DNA from: the human T2T-CHM13v2.0 reference genome, Homo sapiens
Reading direction: 5' to 3' (one strand)
Assembly: GCF_009914755.1 (NCBI RefSeq)
Contig: NC_060935.1
DNA: 64,000 bases
Shown: positions 33,491-52,620 of the stretch, in pieces
Numbering within the stretch: the first letter of the stretch is position 1
How the letters are laid out: each line of letters starts with the position of its first letter
The notes under the pieces: generated by a model
Database searches by the model: none
Told to the model about the DNA's origin: nothing
Seen by the model: the letters and a program-made list of their open reading frames with translations, nothing else
Made by a program: the position numbers and the translations under genes

Positions 33491-36276
33491 CTTTCCCATG
33501 CTCAGATCTGAGCTGGCTTTGCCTGCATCATCTCTGCGAGCCAACTGTCCCTGTTTGGCTCTGGCTTTTCTTAACTATTTGAAATGGTTCCTTTACATGC
33601 TTGCCTCTGAATTCTCTCCCAGAAGCCCTCCCCAGGATCACACCTGTGGCTGTTCACTCCCACCCCTGCCCCTGGGGCAAAGTTGACCTTAGTGTTGATT
33701 CCTGGGCCTCTCCCCACACCTTCCCTTTGCTCCAGTCATTTGAATGAGAGAGTGAAAACAGTGAGATGCCGGCTCCCACTCATCAGATCCAGTGATGCTG
33801 ATGACGCCAGCCATGGTCCTACCCTGAGGTGCTGACTCTGTCCCTGTAGGCTCCATGTCTCCGGAGAGGGAGAGGGAGAGGGAGAGGATTCCAGCCTGTC
33901 ACAGCGCCCGCGGCAGCAACCCCTGCTCGCCAAATACTGACTTGAATAGTGGTCCTCAGGCATAAGTGTGGGCGCTGAGTCCTGGGGCAGGACTGCTGTC
34001 CTGAGAGTGGGGACAGTGGAGGGTGGGTTTGTCCTCTGTCCTGGCCACAGGCACACGGTTGCGAGGAGCATCTTGGCCTTCCTCCCGGCCCTGCTAGAGC
34101 CCCCGTCATCTCCTGTGCCCTCCTGCAGTGCTGTCCCCCACCAGGGTCCTTCCTCAGAGGAGGGGGTTCCTGCCCCGGCCATCATCAGGAAGGGGGTCTC
34201 TGGGTCCGAGCGTCCACCTCAGTGTGCACGTGGCCAAAAGGATCAAGAGCCCTGCAGCCAGGGGGGCCCCTCCTGAGACTCGACTTCGTTGCAGTTTCAG
34301 CAATGCAGGTGGCCCCGTGCGGACATCCAGGCAGGGTTGAGGGAAGGCACATCCCTCCCAGGCCCAGGGTACCCATGTGGGTGGCAGAGCGGGCTCTGGG
34401 GATGACCCTCTGGCCCCTGAGGATCTGGGGCCAGAAAGACACTGGCTTAGCATGGGAGGAGTCCCCGGCCTGTACCAGCCTGACAAGGGGCTGCAGTGGC
34501 CCCCGGGTCTCAAATTAAAGCCAGGGTGAAACCCAACCCCCTCTTTAAAATGCAAAATGGCCCTTCCCTAAAATAACACACAACCACAACCGCAGCTGGC
34601 TCTGCACGAAGGCCATGCTGCAGCTCTTTTCTTCGGAAGTCGATTTTCCTCCGTGGAATTTGGCTGGGCTTGTGGTAGCGTTTGAGACTCTGCAAGAGCA
34701 CGTCCACGCCAACCAGTCTCTGGTCACCGACTGGCTCGCAAATTCCCCATTTAAGGAAACCAGCAGGCCTCTGTTATGAAACTCGGGGAAGGAATGTGAA
34801 TTATGCTCCATGCGGAGGCTCCTGCTCCTGCACGTTTTCCAGCCTTTTCCATGGGCCACGGTGGAGCATTTGGGGAAGGCCTGTGTGGATTCCCCCCCAA
34901 GTCCAGACTGATGCCCCTGATACCTTCTCAGGAGGTGGCGGAGGGTCTGGGCTCTGTCCAGGCTCCTAGGGGTGGGGACGTGCAGGTAAAGCAAGGCGTC
35001 TGCCGCAGGCACGCGGGAGCCTTCCCTGGGCTGGCTGCCAGCACCTTGGAGTCCCAGGCTGCCAGGAAAAGTTCACCCACACCCGGGCTTTGCTGGCGAA
35101 GGGTGAGTCATATGATGGCCGGGCTCGGGCCCTCAGCAGACACCAAGTGTGTTCCCAGAGCAGCCGCTCAGCGCCTGTAACCTGGAACAGGCCAGCCTTT
35201 CGGGGCCTCAGTTTTCTCATCTGCCTAATGGGAATAGCAATTCCCACCTTCCCTTTGTTGGTTGGGTTCTCACTAGATGCACAGGAGACAGCAGCTTGAG
35301 AGGGACTGTTTGGAGAGCTGTTCCATGTGACACCCCTCTTACCCTGTCCCCACGGGGCCGGAGGAGCAGGGGCTTGGTGATAGCAGCTGGGCGCAGTCAG
35401 CCTCTGCAGGGAAGAGGGCATGTTTGGTTCGAGGCTCCTATGCCCTCATTCTTGTTGATCTTGTCACAGCCCCTCTGGAAGGTGGAGATGGTACTCGCTC
35501 AGGAACGATACCACTCAAGGAAGCATGGCCCCCTGGATGGGGTGGCCCTTGGTGCACCTGAGGCTCCTGAGGCTGCAGAGCACCATGGTGGGGGAGGAGG
35601 CGGCTGTGTGTCTGTCATTTGCCTCTTCTGCTGAATGGAGACCCCCAGAGGGCAAAGCGGGGCTTGTTCTCCCTGTGTCCCGGGATCACTCTCATGCCTG
35701 GCTTGGGCGAGCTGCCTGTTTCTAAATCACTTGCTAAGGCTGAGGGGAATGGGGTTTGCCGCCCACCCCAGGAAGAAGGGAGCAAGGGAGTCAGCACCAT
35801 TTTACAAGGACCAAGAGTGGGAGGAGGCTCCTCAGAGGACATTCTGGGCACTGTCCCCTTTCTCTGCTGTGAAGGGTGGACAAAACACAATAGGTCTGCC
35901 AGCCCTTGTGTCCTGTGGCTCATCCCAGCTGGCTGGGATGGGAACTGAGTCCTCCAAGCTGGTGTGGTTCCCCTCTGGTCTCCGCTGAGAGTCACGCCCA
36001 GCCTCTGGGCACACACCCTGTGGTCACCTCCAAACAGGGCACACTGGGCACTGGTGGGGGTGGGACCTGCCATCCCAGACCTGGTGTCTGCTCACTTTGT
36101 CTTGGTTCATTGGCCAGAGATCACGTAAGGGCGCCCTGAGGATGTGCTTGTTTCTCATGGATGGGTGATGCTTGTCTCTTGGGAACATGGAGAAGCAAAG
36201 CCACGTCGCCCACAGACCTACCCAGGAACAGCTGCAGCTGCAGGTTCAGGGTCCATCCCAGCCATGGGTTTTATTC

Positions 36277-36864
<588 letters not shown>

Positions 36865-36869
36865 ATGTT

Positions 36870-37700
<831 letters not shown>

Positions 37701-38048
37701 CCTGAGTGTTTTGAATTGCCTTTTAGAGGTTCATTTACAGCATTTTCATGGTAGCAAAAAAATCAGAAATAACCTGAAGTTCTTTAAAAAACTTACAGCA
37801 GAGTACACTAGGCAATCATCAAAAGAACAAGGAATCTTTCTATCCACAAGAAGGGAAGGTGCCCAGAATTTACTGTTAACTGAGAACAAGTTGGAAATAG
37901 TATATTTTGATTGCCCAGCTTAAGGCAGGAATACCTGAAACCATACCTGTTGGTTATTTCCGATGGGTGAGATTTTAGGGCAAGTTCACTGTCTGTTGTT
38001 TCATGTCTGCATCTATGCAGACAAAAACAAAAAACAGATCTGTGTTAG

Positions 38049-38276
<228 letters not shown>

Positions 38277-38517
38277 TAGGTACCCACGCAGTCCTGGGGC
38301 ACCCCTTTCCCCTTTGTCCCCAGGGCTTTTGAAGGCGTTCCTTCTTAACTCAGGCCTACAGACTCTTCTCTGAAACTCTGGGGCCCTGAGGAATGCAGGA
38401 CTTCTCAGAACTTGGAACAGCGTCAGGGTCTGTGTGGCATTTGCCACCAGCCCTTGAATATTTCTATAGCAAATGTGGCACGTTCATTCTAAGTAGGGCA
38501 GAAAAGACTATCTGTAG

Positions 38518-38948
<431 letters not shown>

Positions 38949-39484
38949 TGAACAGTAACCCTGTCACACGCACCACCCCCACCCTGGCCCTATCCCAGCT
39001 CAGGCATCCTGAGGGCAACAGCCGGAAGCTGTCTCAGTTATTGGTGCATTCCCCAGTCTCACCAGGGGGCCTTCCACATGGTCAGTGCTCAATAAAATGG
39101 GCCGAGAATGAGTAGGAAGGGTTTTCCCCTCGTTGGTTAATTGCTTTTAGAGCCTTCTGGTCAGCATAGCTTCCCAGCTCTGTACTTAATTACCCCTTAT
39201 AGAAACATCCCTTCTGTGTACAGGTGAAGGGCAGTTTATTCACTAACCAAGTGCTGCCTGCTGCTAGCCCTGTGCTAGGTGTCAGGGATCCTCCTGGGAC
39301 GGCAGACCCCATTCCTGCACTAGTGGAGCTCCTGGCCCAGGCAGGGATGTGGCAGGTGTCTGTGCAGAGGGCAGTAGTGACTGCATGGGAGGACTCAGTG
39401 GCTGGATTTCTGCAAACACAGGCCAACACCCACATGAACAGACTTGAGGGCTTGGGCAGCTTTGCTCCACACTTGCCAGGCCTC

Positions 39485-39770
39485 GTGTGTTAGTTATCCA
39501 TTGCTGTGTAACAAAACAGCCCACAACTTAACAGCCTGAAACAGCAAACAGGTTTTTTATGGGGAGGGAGTCAGTGATGAGGAGTGGATTAGCTGGGTGC
39601 TTCTGGCTCAGGGTATGACCTGAGGGTACACTCAAGCTCCTGGCTGGGCCTCAGTCATCTGAAGGTTTGAGTGAGGCCGGGACATCCACTTCCAAGCTCA
39701 TTCTCAGGGCAAGAGGCCTCAGTTTCTCCTGTTCCTCTTATGCTGAGCCACACATCTCTTTTGGGCTGGT
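39485..39770. mobile_element. MLT1 (ERVL-MaLR) LTR fragment
   Basis: tgtgttagttatccattgctgtgtaacaaa...cttaacagc...ttagctgggtgcttctggctcaggg. Confidence 0.7.
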
Positions 39771-40094
39771 TTGAAAATATCCTGTTGTCCCTGGAAGTGC
39801 AGACCAGCGGGTCTGGTTTGAGATTTGGAAATGTGGTTACCCTGTAGACTGTGGTTCTTGGGAGCTGAGTGATCTTACAGTTATGAAGGGTGGACAAGAG
39901 GATAGAAAGGCTGCAGCTGGGAGTGCCCTGGTCAAAGGATGGTGACAGGGGACAGTGAGGGTGATGGAGGTTGAAACATGCTAATGGTGGTGGCGGTGGC
40001 GGCAGCGAATCCTTCCATAGCACTTACTGTTTTCCAGGGACGTTTATCAGTTCATTTAATGCTCATACCACCTCTATGAAACGTTTGCTATTAT

Positions 40095-40744
<650 letters not shown>

Positions 40745-41143
40745 TGTGTTTGCTATTTTGATCCCCTGTGCACAGAGAAGCATGTGAATTTGCCCAGAGC
40801 CACACAGCTAGTCCCAGCCAGGGTTGGAACATAGGGTCTGTAGCTCCAGGGTCTGGTCTGTTCTCAGCCTCTCTCCCACCTGCTTCCCCGCGGGATTCTT
40901 CTGCCTCTGCAGCGGCCATCGCTCTTCATGATGCACCTGGGGCTATTCACATGGAAGCGTCGTGTGTTGGGTGACGAGCTCTGGAGCCACACAGACCTGT
41001 GCAGGCCCCTTTATCTGTGACTGTGGCTGGGGCAAGGGCCGAGGCTGACCTTCCCTCAGTGCTTCTGGCTGAGGCAGAGCATGGCCCAGGGAGCAACCGA
41101 GAGTGATGGGCCTCTGGCTTCTCTCACTGAAAAATGGCCACAT

Positions 41144-43180
<2,037 letters not shown>

Positions 43181-43777
43181 AACAGCATCAACAAAAATGA
43201 ACAGAAGAGGTGGTGGATCTGCAGAGCCCACAGCTCCCATCTTCCCTGTGCCACTTCATGAGTGTCACCCTCTCCTGGCAACTGTGCTGAGGGCTGGGGA
43301 CGTGGCGGGGACCCTCTGCCCCCAGGCCCACCCTCAGGGAGCCTGTCACGGGGCGAGGGTCATTAAGCAAATAAAACTGCACATTACCGACCACGTCACA
43401 TTATGATCCTGTTTCCAGTGTCCATAATCTCATTACACCCGAGTCCTCATTTGCTGGGCACTGTAAGCATCTAGAAAAGAATAGCTGTTTCTCGGGTTGA
43501 TGCCAAGTTTCATTTACTCTGAAAGTATAAATTATGAGCATTGTAAGAAGGAGCGAGTGCACATGGCCTGATTTGTATACAGAGGTTAAAGCGTTGGGCA
43601 GGAGAGGTGTGCTTTTTGCCAGGCATGGCTTCCTCCTTTCTTCCCTGGGGGAGACTTTGCCACTTGACCTGGGGGAGCCCGTGTGTCACCATCACAGGCT
43701 GTGTTTGGGAGGTGCCCTGTGCACGCCGGGAGAAATGTACGAGGGCGCCAGCTCCTGGGGCTCTTGACCTGGCCTCA

Positions 43778-44496
<719 letters not shown>

Positions 44497-44704
44497 TGAC
44501 CCCTCCCTGCAGAAGCCCATGCTCTGGGGGGCCCCCTCTCTAAAGGGGTACCTGCTGCAATGGAGGGAGGTGTGTGGCTGGCTGGGGGACACGGGCCTGC
44601 AGAGGACCCCTCTGCAGAGCTCATGGGGGCTATTTCAGGCTCAGCAGTGGCAAGGGGATTTCCAAGGAAGGTTGCCTCGTTTTCAAGGCCCAGAAGAAGT
44701 TGTC

Positions 44705-44779
44705 TGTGTGTGTGTGTATATGTATTTATATACACATACACGTATGTGTGTATATATATATATGGTTATTTATATATAC

Positions 44780-44817
<38 letters not shown>
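44705..44817. repeat. Compound (TG)n/(TA)n microsatellite at the tail of an antisense FLAM (44820-44950)
   Basis: Direct observation. Confidence 0.92.
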
Positions 44818-44821
<4 letters not shown>

Positions 44822-45954
44822 ATTTTTAATAGAGATGAGAGATTTTGCCACGTTGCCCAGGCTTGTCTCAAACTCCTGGGCTCCAGTGATCCTCACACCT
44901 TGACTTCCCAAAGTGCTGGGGTCACAGGTATGAGCCACCATGCTTGGCCCTGCAAGTCGCGTATTTATCAATGAATAATCTGCCCAGAATCAGCAGTTCT
45001 CAGCCTGGGGGCCACGCTGGGTTGTGACAGAGGTCCCTGATGGGGAAATGCACCAGCTTCTGTGACAGTGGGGCTGCGGCTCTGGGGACAGTGGCCCACT
45101 CCCACAGGGACCAGGGATGGAGATTTCTGGCCAGGCCATTATGGAAGGTTTGGACTTTGAATTGAAATGTGGGGCCTAGGGGTGCCAGCTGTTCCCAGAG
45201 CAGGACACAGGAGGGTGGGGCTCTCTGGAGCTGTTTCCTGGTGAGAAAGTCGTGGTCACAAAACCCATCTACACTTGGGGCAGCATGAGGGAGGGAGAGG
45301 TTCATTTTGATGAGTTTGTTGTTCCAGTTATATCCGTATTTTGGGGCTGCTACACCCAGCTTTCCCCTGGTTTGAATGAGGTGCTGGAAGCATTTATCGA
45401 GTTCCGTTCAATTGCTGTTGGTCATAGAAGGGCTTGGGAGAGTGACAAGCTTGGCCATCCCAGCAAGAGGGACAGTGTTCCTATGGAAGCTGCTGGGTCC
45501 ACACATAGCACAAAGACAAGACAAGCCTTTTGCCCAGGAGCCCATTGTCTCTGGGGTTCCCGTCACTACCACACAGGCAGGTCCTGACCCCGGCCATTGG
45601 AGCGTGGGGGGCAGCCTTTGCAGAGGGGTGTCCTTTGGGGGCTCCGAGGAGCTGGGGAGGGTGTTCTAGTCATAGGAGCTTGGTGGGAGGAAGCAGATGG
45701 GGAGGATGTCACTCCATGGGCAGGTCACATCTGGGTGTGAGGGTGGCCAGGAAGGTCACGGCTGGTTTTGGGGAAATTGCAGGCCGTCTGGCCAGGCTGA
45801 GGGCCCCATGTGGACGGGGCCAGCGATGAGGCAGGTGGAATGGTGCCCGCGGGGAGGTCCCTGATGCCACTTGAGGCCGATGTTTGGGCAGAGGGACACA
45901 CTGGAGGCTGTCACGGGGGACGAGGCAGGATGTGACTCATTCAGAAACAAGTGA

Positions 45955-46330
<376 letters not shown>

Positions 46331-48211
46331 ATCCTGTTTTGTTTTGTTTTATTTTTGCCCCAGATATTTTCCACTTTTTTACTCTCCGCCTTGGTCCTCA
46401 GGCACTTGGTGCTTCCTGGGACTGTGTTGCAGTGAGGCATGGCTCTTCTCCTCTGGGGCACCGGCTGAGGATCTTTCTTTCCAGGTGTCGGTTCGGGGCG
46501 GGCCCTTCGGGAAATCACACACGTTCAGGATGCAGCTCGCCTTCGGGGATGCTCCCGGGCCTGGGATAGCCAGTCTGGCCTCTGGGGCTGACCCTGGGGC
46601 CTGGCAAGCGAGGGGGTAACGAGAGGTGTCAGGAAAGCGCCATCCCTGGGACCAGTCCTCCCCGTTTCTGTAGCGTGATGGGGCCCAGCTTGCAGAAGGT
46701 GGTGGGGGACAGGGCCTGCTTCCTGTGCCGGTGTCCCACTCGGGAGGGCAGGGGGCTTCCAAGTGGGCTGGCTTCCACACTCAGGAACAGTCCTAAGGGC
46801 AGAGTCTCGGTGTGGGGCCCCCTAGAAGGACTCTCCTGGCATCCGGTGGATGGAGAAGTGTCCTTGCTCTCACTGCTGTCTGAGCACATGGGGGTCCTGA
46901 CTTTAGGAACAGTTTCCTGGTCCCCCTGTTCTTGCTGGCTAGGGTCTGTGTTTGTGTGCAGCGGCTGGGGTGTGTGTGTGGTCGTGGCGCCCGTGGCGTG
47001 TGGGTCTTTTCTCTGCTCCCTGGCAGGGGTCCTGCGTTTGGTGAGGATTTTCCAGGTTTGTATTTGTCTTTCTCTTTCTGAGAGCAGGGCATCTTTAATG
47101 AAGACATGGCTGTTACATCAAAGGGTCTGTCCGCTGTGCCGGCTGCTGCAGGGGATGGTTGGAGAGCCTCCCCGACCAAGCATCTTGTTTCCCAAGTCGG
47201 GAGAAGGAGAATTTGAGAAATGGGGACTTGGGCGGCCTAGTCCTCACGGCTCTGGACAGCACCCCATTCATTCATCTGCTTGCTCATTCATTCGTTCATC
47301 CATCCATTTGCTCATTCAGCAGGCATTTGTCGAACACTTGCCGGGTGCTGGCATTGCTCCGAGGCACTGGGGACCCCGCGGTGCAGACAGAATCCCGGGC
47401 CTCTGGCGCTCGCACTCTGGGCTCTGGGGCTGGGTGGGTGGGGGAGACGGCACAAGTGAGTCCACGAGGGAGTCAGTGCATTAGAAAGGGTGAGTGTCTT
47501 GGACACCCGCTCCTCCATCACCTCTGGGGCCCTTCGCTGTTGACCGTTCACCTCGGCCTCAAAGGCAATGTTGAGAGAGAAACTGGACCCAGGGAAGGAG
47601 TCCAGATGAGCTGCCTCCTGAGTGACCTGGCGACACCAGGGGTTTGGACCAAGCAGGTTAAGGGAGGATTATAGACCCTTGAAGGGGAGGAGTGGTTTGA
47701 CCAGGTTGGATGAGCCCTTTGTTTACAGAGGAGGCCAGGGCAAGTCACCAGCCTGGGGTTGCCCACAGCAGGTGGCATAGTAGGTTCTAGCAGGTGGGGT
47801 CTGGCTCCCAGAGCCATGAGTTTGCTGCTGCCCCATACCTGGGCCCTGGTGGAGCAAGGCCCTGGTCTCCCTCGCAGACTGCCCCAGGACGCTGCCTGCT
47901 CCCTGGAGGAGGGGGTGCCTCGGCTGCACAAGCCTCAGCGGAGAAGGATGCTTGGCTTGCTGGCTGCCCGGGAACCTTGGCCTTCTCAGAGTTTGTTTTC
48001 TTTCCTGCCTGTCTGTTGGTGAGAAGAGGCTGAACTCAGTGCTGGAGCTGGACCCTGCGCTCTGCAGTGTTGGTTGAAGTCCTGGCGGAAAGGGAAAGAG
48101 TGAGGACATACGGGCTCATGACGGCAGGGAGTGGCCACCACAGTCAGGGCCGGGGGACGGAGGGGAGAGAGAATCACCGGAATATGGCAAAGGTGTAAAA
48201 CAGGCAGCTCG

Positions 48212-48513
48212 GGCCGGGCGCAGTGGCTCACGCCTGTAATCCCAACAATTTGGGAGTCCAAGGCAGGTGGATCATTTGAGGTCAGGAGTTCAAGACCAGC
48301 CTGGCCAACATGGTGAAACTCCATCTCTACTAAAAATATAAAAATTAGCTGGGCAGTAGTGGCACGGGCCTGTAATCCCAGCTACTTGGGAGACTGAGGC
48401 AGGAGAATTGCTTGAGCCTAGGAGGCGGAGGTTGCACTGAGCCAAGATCATGCCGCTATACTCCAGCCTGGGCAACAGAGTGAGACCCTGTCTCAAAAAA
48501 AAAAAAAAAAAAA
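48212..48513 (+). mobile_element. Alu (S-like)
   Basis: TSD gcagctcg. Confidence 0.93.
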
Positions 48514-49276
48514 TGCAGCTCGTCCTGGCTAGTCTGAAAAAGGTGGAGCATATATGTTGCCCAATATCCACAAATATTCCAGAAAATATCTGAGAAGAAA
48601 GCAGTTAATGAGACGGGCCTGTTCCCCTGCCCCGAGGCACACGTGTGGTGGGGGCCATGTCAGGAAGCAAGCCGGCACACAGATGGACATAGGACAGACC
48701 TGGATCGGGTACGGAACACAGCAGGGGCTGAGCCGGAGACTCCTGTACTGGGGGTGTGGCCGCCTGAGCCGGCAGGTCAGAGGTCTCTCTCAGGAGGCCT
48801 GAGATCTGAAGGACTAAAAGAGGGAAAGGCGAGAAGGAACAGCACGTGCAGCGGCTTTGAGGCAGGAGCATGCTGGTGTTGGGACCGACTTCACGGGCTG
48901 TGTGACCTGTGTAGTCATATGAGGTGAGCTCTGTTGTTGACCTGAAATTCCTACCTTTTGAGTAAGGGGCTGTCTGCACTTCCATTTTGCAGCGGTCCCC
49001 GCAAATTCTGTAACGGGCCCGGCTCGTGTGTTTGAGAAGCTGAAGGGAGGTCTGGAGGTGGTCTCTTACTCTCTTGGTGTGTCTGTCTCCACATTTTATC
49101 TTCTGTTTTTTTGTTCCCCAGCCCTCCCTGCGTTTTTCCTGTATGTGACTGTGTGTCTGTGTGGGTGATCGAACCGTAAGGCTTCCTGCTATTTATTTCA
49201 CTTTATGCACTGCAGAAGCATTTGCGATTGCAGGAGGTAAATATGTATCAAAGACATGAGTTTTAGTGAAGGATAT

Positions 49277-49567
49277 CTTTTTTTTTTTTTTTTTTTGAGA
49301 CAGAGTCTTGCTCTGTTGTCCAGGTTGGAGTACAGTGGCTCACAGCAGCTTCCACCTCCCAGGTTCAAGCAATTCTCCTGCCTCAGCCTCCCAAGCAGCT
49401 GGGATTACAGGCGCCCGCTACTATGTCTGGCTAATTTTTGTATGTTTAGTAGAGATGGGGTTTCACCATGTTGGCTAGGCTGGTCTTGAACTCCTAACCT
49501 CAGGTGATCCACCTACCTCAGCCTCCTAAAGTTCTAGGATCACAGGCATGAGCCACTGTGCCTGGCC
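49277..49567 (-). mobile_element. Alu (S-like)
   Basis: Full antisense dimer. Confidence 0.9.
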
Positions 49568-49977
49568 TATGCCTGAACAATATCTTATCAAGACATGTCT
49601 TTTAGTCATCCTCCCGCTATGGGGCGTTTCTGTTCTCTTTGTGTTTTTGCCATTTCTGAGTCTTGCTGCTGTGGGTTGGGAGTGGGCAGGTGAGAGCTGG
49701 CTTGGGGCCTGGCCACTGGAGTTAGAGGGAGCAGGGCCTGGTGTCTGTTGCCACCATCGATTGGTGATGTCTGCCTAAACACTGTGTTGCATCTGCTGGG
49801 GATGTCTGCCTTGGGAGAGCAATGGGCATGTAGGAAGCAGGTGTCACCATCTCTGTTCTTGGGGTGTCAAAGCAAGGCTGGGTGTGGACATTTGTCGAAG
49901 GAGTGGGGAATGGACACAGCCCCCAACAAGCAGATCGTGCAGTCGTGCCTGTCAGGTGCCTTGCCCTAACAGTGGAA

Positions 49978-50114
49978 GGATCATTTGAGGTCAGGGGTTC
50001 AAGACCAGCCTGGCCAACATGGTGAAACCCTGTCTCTACTAAAAATACAAAAATTAGCCGGGCGGTAGTCGTGCGCCTGTAATCCCAGCTATTTGGGAGA
50101 CTGAGGCAAGAGAA
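49978..50114 (+). mobile_element. Internal Alu fragment lacking both ends
   Basis: ggatcatttgaggtcagg...gagactgaggcaagagaa, flanked by ttgccct direct repeats. Confidence 0.88.
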
Positions 50115-52620
50115 CATGTTGCCCTGGGAGCTTTTGTTAAGGGTCCCTGTGTGGCTCCCTCACGTATCAGAGTTCCAGGAACGGGTGTGGGCCCTGATAA
50201 AATCCCAGACTCATGGCTCAGTGAAGTCGCACAGCTGGACAAGCTTGGAGACCCCCAAATAACTTGCCCAGGCTACCCTGGCTTGCAAAGGGCCACTGCT
50301 CATCCAGGGGTGACGGAGCCGTGCTGGGTGCCTGGCATCCAGTGGGTGCCCAGTGTCCAGCTGCCATGTCCACTGTCCATGCCCTTATCACCTTCATGTT
50401 GTCACCATGACCGGCGCCTTAGGTGCTGTGGCTGGTGCCAGGCCCGTGAGAGCTGGGGCAGGTTCACTCAGGGTCCAGGTTTGCCTGCATCGTCCCAGAA
50501 TCCTCCCATACCTGGGGGAGTGGGCTGTCAGTGGGAGCCAGTAAAGGGGCGTTGATTTCTTTCCCAACCAGAAGAGGCAGGGGCTATAGACTTAGGTGGA
50601 GCCCCTGGCTCTTTGCTGGCTCCCAGGGTTCTAACAGCTGGGCCTTCTGAGCCCTGGGGACTGGCTGCTCGTGGCTGAGCCCTTCAAGGGCATTGCGCTC
50701 CTTCTGCAAATGTAATTCCCAGTCTCCATGTCCAGGCCCAGAGCAGCCCTGGGGAGTCCTCAGGGCTCATTTTCCTGCAAGCGGGGGAGAGGGGGGGACA
50801 GGCCCTGTGGTGATTAGAGGAGGCTGCCTGCGCTCACAGGGGGTGGTTAGGCTACCCAGAGGAGGAGGCCCCTGCAGGCTGGCAGGGGGCCTGGTGGCTC
50901 TGGCCCCAGCCCTGGGCTCTGTGGCATGGAGCTGACACCACAGACACCTGTGGGGTTGGACCGCTGGACTAGCAGCGAGCCCTGCCCTTCCAGTTGGATA
51001 GCTTTTCCATTCCAGAGCCGTCAGGGCCGCAGGGCTGAGCACGCAGCTCCACGCTCCCTAGAGACTCAGCCGTCAGGGGTCACCTTTCTCTAGTCTTGTG
51101 GGAACTGTTTTTGCCCTCAGCCGTGAGAGGCACTTTTACACATAACTCAGTTGGAGCATGACTGGCACGCAGGAGAAAAACATTTTGTGTCATTTATAGG
51201 CCCTGCTTGGGCGAGACTCTGGGCCGGGAACGTCCACATGCAGCCAGTGTGGGGACTGTTTTACTCTGAGCCTGAATCTTTCTGCTTTGGTTCCAGATGC
51301 CGTGTGTAGGGTGTTCTGTCAAAGGGAGGAAAAAGCTCCTCAATGAGACAGAAAGATGCAACTGGGAGTCTGGTTTTGCATGAGGACGTGAGCGTTTCAG
51401 TTCACTTTTTTTTGTAAGCATGGTTCCCCAGTCTGACCTCAGAGCTGCCTGGAGATGGGCCCCACCCGCTTCCCGTTAATTAACAGGCTGGTGCTCGGTG
51501 TGGATGCTGGCTCCTCCGTCTCCCTGCCCTGGGCCCTTTTGAAGCTGAAGTGTTCCAGGGGCAGCTGGTGTGGAAATAGAGTTTTCTAGAGGTTTTAGAG
51601 TTGAGAAGAAACCTAAACTCTTCTTAGAAGCATTTCAAGGGTTTGTCACCAGGATGGCTCTCTGCAAATTTGAGGTGGTTCTAGAAGATCTTCCCATATT
51701 TCTTAATCCAGAGGGAGATGGGGATGGGCGAGAAACGGCTTTGTCCTTAAGGAAGTCATGTTCTGGTTGGAGGACAGGCACGGCCTAGCATTGAAGCTGG
51801 TGAGTCAGAGCCGGACCTGTGAGCGGGGCCAGAATGGGGCGCGGGCTTCAGACTTCACAAAGCAGACCACGCGGCAGCCTGGGGCTTTAGTATCCAAATG
51901 TCCTGCCCTCCAGGTTTCATTCCTTGCCGTAAAATATCACGTTAAAGGAAAATGTTTTGTTAAAAGACCACAGTCCTGTCACCTGAGCACAGTCGCTGTT
52001 CTCGGTTCCTCTGTGGCTTTCCAGGCTGCAGGTGCCCATTGGTATTGCGGCCGTGCGCCCGGCGGGCATGAATTAGCTGTGCCGCCTGGCTGCTGACGGG
52101 ACGCCTCGCCTCGACTGAAAACTACCTGGAGCTGCTCACCCAGGGGCAACGTGAAGAAAACGTGAAATTCTGTCGCTTGTTGCAGCTGACAGCACGGCTG
52201 TGAGGTCCCAGTGGGCAGAGGCCTCGTGCAGGGCACCTCACCAGCCGGGATGTCAGAGCTGGCCAGAAGGAGCGGTGCCCATGGAGGGCTGCCAGTGCCC
52301 AGAGAGCCTTCCGAGGTGTCACGTTGGGCAGTGAAATTCAGAGTCGGGCAGAGGAGGCCCTGGGGTCACACAGGGATCTCCTCCAGGCTATGGGTTGGTG
52401 AGGTCCAGTGTCCGGGGGTGAAGGATAGAGGCTCTGTGGTGAGGGCTCTGGAGCTGGCCCTGGGCTAGCGGAAACGCAGGTAACGAAGGAGGCTGTGCTG
52501 GTGGGACTTGTGCCTGTTCCCGAGGGAGGCATTGTGAGTGATGTTTAGGCCAAGAGGATTCAGGATGGAAGACATGGCTTGGTTTGTAGTTGGGAGCCGG
52601 CCAAGGAGTGGTGTTGAGAA

